A DNA stretch of 64,000 nucleotides from positions 24,118,001-24,182,000 of the forward strand of contig NC_045715.1 of NCBI RefSeq assembly GCF_009834535.1, written 5' to 3'. The position numbers were made by a program, and so were the translations under genes. Of this stretch, positions 59,570 to 64,000 are shown piece after piece. The stretch is from Camelus ferus. Lineage: Eukaryota. How positions within the stretch are numbered: the stretch's first letter is position 1; the number at the start of each line of letters is the position of its first letter. Below the pieces are notes generated by a model. The model was not told the DNA's origin. It did not search any database and saw only the letters and a program-made list of their open reading frames with translations.

Positions 59570-61030
59570 TTTGTGGTGAAACTTTGGGTTGGCTGCCCAA
59601 ACCATTCCCAGCCCCTTCTTAGCCATTTCCAACCACAGAGACTGGAAATCTGGTTATTCTCTCTTCTAGCCTTGCTCGAAGCGGGGGTGGCTGTGTGATC
59701 TATGTTTTGACCGTGAGAGATAAGCTATCAGGTGGCTTCTAGGGAAGCTTTTGTTCCCTGCTATAAGGGGCAGTCACCAGAGGAGAGCTCCCTGCTGCTG
59801 CCCCTTCTGGTTTTTTGTTTTTCTTTTTTCTGCCTTAAAAATAAATATATTATGTGAAGCAGTGGCAGACATCTTATGATCACAGACATGATCACAGGGA
59901 GGAAAAGCCAAGAAGCCAAACATATCATAGTATAAGGCTGGACAGAGCCTGGGTCCTGGATGACATTGAACAGAGAAACCAACCCCAGCAGCTGCTATCA
60001 GACTTCTCACTATGTTAAAATACAAACCCTGTTTGTTTAAGCCACTGTCATCTGGGCTTCCTGTTCTGTAGCTGAGCCCATCTTATCTCATACATCATTC
60101 AACAAACATTTATTAAGTTTCTACAAGTACTAGACACAATTCTAGCTATGAGGTTTACAAGGAGGAATGAGACATCTTTAAGGTTTTACAGCCTATGCAG
60201 GCAGACAGCCAAACTATTTTTTTAATGCAATAAAAATATAAGAGGTGGCACAACTGAAATCTCTAAATGTTAGCCTGAGCACGTAAAAGAAGGGTAGACA
60301 ATTCCTTCTAGACTGAAAATCCTTTCAGAACAGTTTTTTTTTTAACCCATACATCTGTAGCACTTCTCTTAGCATATAGTTAATGCTCAATAAATATTTG
60401 TTGAAATTTGGCAATTGTTATTGCTGCTCACCCAGCATGAATGATGATCTCATCCCTATGCCTTTTCGAAGTTAGGTGTGGCTATGTGACTTGCTTTGGC
60501 CAATGAAGTGCAAGCAGATTTAATATATATCACCTTCAGGTGGAAGCAGGTAAAAGGCGGTGTGATCTTTGTGTTCTCCCTTCCCCCTTGCTAGAACATA
60601 AACTAGCCAAACCTGACTAGTATGATGAATGAATCATTAATTAAATGAATGAATGAAAAAATAATGGCAGTGTTGGGAATGGATTAGAGGGGTGGGGAGA
60701 CCCAAGGCAGGAAGTTTGGGGCTGATACTAGTGATTGCCTAATAGAAACTGCCCCTTCACCTTTCTCTCCTTCCTGCTGGCAGAGCCCACTCCCACTGTA
60801 GAGATGGAAACTGTCAGACAATGGCTTTCCAAGCATCCATGGATATGTGACCTAGTGCTGGCCAGTGGACCCCAAGGGACAATCTTCTGAAGAGCTTTCT
60901 GGAAAGGGCTTTTCTCCCAAACAAAAAGAACAGACTTTCCTTATTATTTAAACCACTCCAAATTGAGTTTTCTGTTACTCGCAGCCAGAAGCACCCTGGT
61001 AGAACATTGATTGCTACAACGTGGCAGGAA
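59570..61030. mobile_element. Cluster of MLT1-like LTR remnants with interleaved L2
   Basis: gctatgtgacttgctttggccaatgaagtg and ttctgttactcgcagccagaagca MLT1 motifs; ttcaacaaacatttattaag L2 end near 60100. Confidence 0.6.
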
Positions 61031-62098
61031 TCCATGTGAGAGATGAGGCTTAGTGAAAAGATAGAGAGGAAAGGATAGAGTTGAGGAAATCTTGGAAGTG
61101 AAATCAATGGGACTTGGTGACTGATAGGGTGCAGGGTTGAGCTGCATGCTGTGTGGAATAAAAGTGGTTTAAAACCCAGTCACTGATGTCAAGGATCCCA
61201 GTGGGAGAGACACGTACTGACTAAAAACACCAACTGTACAAGGTAGCCTATGCCAAGGGCCAATGTGTACCATAGGAATTGTGAGGAGGGAGGGCTGAGG
61301 AGTCAGCACAGGACTTGACAGATGGCTGACTTTGGGTTTGGATGGATAGAGAAGACGATGATAGTCTGGGCAGGCCCTTACCAATATATCTTAGACCAAA
61401 TTTTATAGCTGGTACTTTACAAATAGTCTTTGCCTTACACGTTTCATTTTTAACTTTATTTCAGCCATTTCCACATATTGGATCAAAGGCAATAGAGGGA
61501 CAGTTCAGTTCAATACCAAATATAATTTAAATGTAAGCATCATTTAAAATATGGCTACTTAATAAATCATTAGGTGGATACACTGTAGGTCATTTAACTA
61601 TTTCCTTACTCTCAGCTACTCTGCATTTTCAATGTTCAAATATTTAAAACAGTGCTGTGGCGAGCTTTTTTGGCTAGAGTGTTTCCTATGCCTTAGATTA
61701 TTTCCTTAGGATAAATTTCCAGAAGTGGAATAACTCATTCAAAGAAATGTTGAAAGCAGTGAGCCTCACCAAAGACACAACTACTACTATTCTTGATAAA
61801 TAGCCAAATTGCTTTCCAGAATGGTTCTATCATTGCACTTGAGAATTTTGTTTAACATTAAAAATGTAACACTGACTCAGGAAGAACTTAGTATGTATTA
61901 TGGCTATTTTCACCTTGAGAGCTTAGCGCTCAGGATTGTCCTTTTCATCTTAAGTTCCTTACAGTCAGGGTACCATGCTCCTGTTCTGAACTTACATGAT
62001 CTGAATAAAGGGCTTAAATCATAGGTATCCTTTTTTTTTTAGTTTTCTTTCTTTTTTTTAGAGATCTCACAATTTTTTTTTAAACCTCCACTTGTGCT

Positions 62099-62222
62099 TT
62101 GTTTTTTCTTGGAGGGGGGTGGTAATTAGGTTTATTTACTTATTTAATGGAGGTACAGGGGATTAAAACCAGGACCTTGTGCAGGCTAGGCATGCACTCT
62201 ACCACTGAGCTATACTCTCCCC
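62099..62222 (-). mobile_element. Second Vic-like SINE, more degenerate
   Basis: Reverse complement reads ggggagagtatagctcagtggtagagtgcatgcctagcctgcacaaggtcctggttttaatcccc...aaacctaattacc, aligning by eye with the 5018 copy. Confidence 0.85.
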
Positions 62223-63142
62223 TTAAATATCATTAATTGAGCTAGAAAGCAATATGTTTCCTCATCTTTTCTAGAAACAAAACTCCAACCCTTCATCAAA
62301 CAGCTAAACAAAATAACCATTAAGTAGCAAAGTAAATAATCCAACATGATGAATTGCTTTTTAAACAATAAACTCTTAGGTTTAAATAATAATTAGGTTT
62401 CTTGATAAATGCTTCTGTTCTTTTCTCACTAATCCTGAACTATTTTCAGTCACAGCCTAATCTCATCTTGGTCCTGATCCTCTGAATAGAATGGGCTATT
62501 CTAATTGGAGTTAGAATTAAAAAGTCCTTGCAGGGCTGATGTAAGGACCTATCTGGCTTCCCAGATCAGGAATCCAATATACTGGCTATAGAGTCTGCTT
62601 AACCCTCAGCTTTGGCCTCAGACCACCCCCACGCTCACCCCAACACACACACATGGGCTGAGACCACTCTGGGCTCCAGATAAACAGACGTTGAGGGGCT
62701 GGCCATGTGAACTGAACTGTCATCTCTCTCCTCCTGAGGGACAGGACAGTCGTGGGCATGGAGAGAGGAGCACAGTCCTAGCAGAAACTGGAAAATGATA
62801 TTCAAAGGGACGAGCAGGGGCTCACCCCCAGTTTGGCTAGACAGCAAATGTCTGCATCACTGAAAAACCACAAGAGTACCTGAACAATGAACTGGCAACC
62901 TTTTCCCCAAACTATAGGACTAATCAAAACTCAATATAGTAAGTTTCACGTTACTTCTCTGAATCTCATTTCCTCTTCTATAAACAGAGATTTAAAAACT
63001 CTAGCTCTCAGTATTGCTGTAAAAACCAAATGAGGTGATTATGTACATGAAGTTCTCTGAAAACAGATTAAGAAATTATTATTAGCCTTTTGTTTTCACT
63101 AATAATACTGCAGCTAACACCTTTGTTGCAATTTATAGTTTA

Positions 63143-63275
63143 CAGTGGTTCTCAGTTTCTAATGTGCATATGAATCACTTGGGAGTCTTGTTAAAAATGC
63201 GAATCTTAAGATTCAGTAGGTCTGGGGCATGAGATGCTGCTGCTGGTTCATACAACACACTTTGAGTAATAAGGG
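63143..63275. mobile_element. MER5-like hAT DNA transposon
   Basis: cagtggttctca...gaatcacttggg...ttaaaaatgc...gattcagtaggtctgggg...acactttgagtaa. Confidence 0.7.
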
Positions 63276-64000
63276 TTTTCAGCACTTTGTAAACATGAAA
63301 TTTTCTACTAGTCAATTCCTAGCAGACTTCAAGTCACCAATTTGGACAGTTGTTAGTATATCCCATACGTTATATGATGAAAAGTTGAGGTTTGAACTGA
63401 TTGCTGGAATAGGCACCCCGGGTGGCCAAGTAAGCCTTGTCTCAGGTTTGACAAACTGTTCCCAGAAGGTAGGTTTCTCAGGAGAAATCCAAGGCCAATG
63501 GATCTTTTCTTATAACCACAGCTAAAATTAAGGACCAGCGTTTTTCTCTGATAATTATTTAAACTAAACTAAGCTGAGGAAGTCGTGATTTTCATGGGTT
63601 TGCTGCTTTGCAGGCTGTGTACATCCCGGTGCTGGGCAGTGCCTCCTTCTAAAATTATTATCTCTTGAAGAAAGTTTAAAGTATGTCTTTTAAAAACTAT
63701 TGAAAAGATAATGTAAAAGTATCAGTAAGGACTGTTTTGGAAAAGAAAGTTTCCCCATAATCCCACCACACAATGGTTTTTATTGGTACAGTTCCTTTCC
63801 AGGTGCCACATTTTTATGTACTATATATCTTTGACTCTAAAATACTATCAATGTTAAGACTCAGCATTGATTTAGTAAAAGCTTTTTAGGAGATAAAAAA
63901 AAAAAAAACACCACAAGAAACTATTAAGAATGGCCATTGATTCCAATATCAGAAACCATAAAATGTGGATTAGAATTATGCCTTAGACTTGAGGAATATA

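Noticed and set aside
1-64000. CRISPR arrays, rRNA, snoRNA or miRNA genes, processed pseudogenes, MAPK13 or PNPLA1 coding exons
   Set aside because: None recognised by eye. An Rfam/Infernal and tBLASTn scan would be needed to exclude small RNAs or degenerate pseudogenes.

Overview
Mammalian genomic DNA, most likely a camelid (inferred from two Vic-type tRNA-derived SINEs). It holds one complete protein-coding gene on the + strand, BRPF3 (bromodomain and PHD finger-containing protein 3, scaffold of the HBO1/KAT7 histone acetyltransferase complex). The model has a CpG-island promoter, a non-coding exon 1 ending at 14335, and 12 coding exons from ATG 17378 to TAA 45076 whose phases all join (3627 nt, 1208 aa; exon 6 start inferred). 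A 3'UTR of roughly 1.6-2.2 kb follows. Both flanks are repeat-rich (L1, L2, MIR, ERV/MaLR LTRs, hAT MITEs), and no other gene is supported. By recalled human synteny MAPK13 should lie upstream and PNPLA1 downstream, outside the window. Nine N blocks hide about 1.8 kb, including parts of the PZP domain, the bromodomain and the likely TSS. I found no convincing new biological system. The best leads are regulatory: a GC-AG intron with a competing GT donor, an antisense-oriented promoter cassette in intron 1 with a long antisense ORF, in-frame alternative splice options, a candidate intronic polyadenylation that would drop the PWWP domain, and a motif-dense 3'UTR. Comparisons to human rely on my recollection, not a database search.
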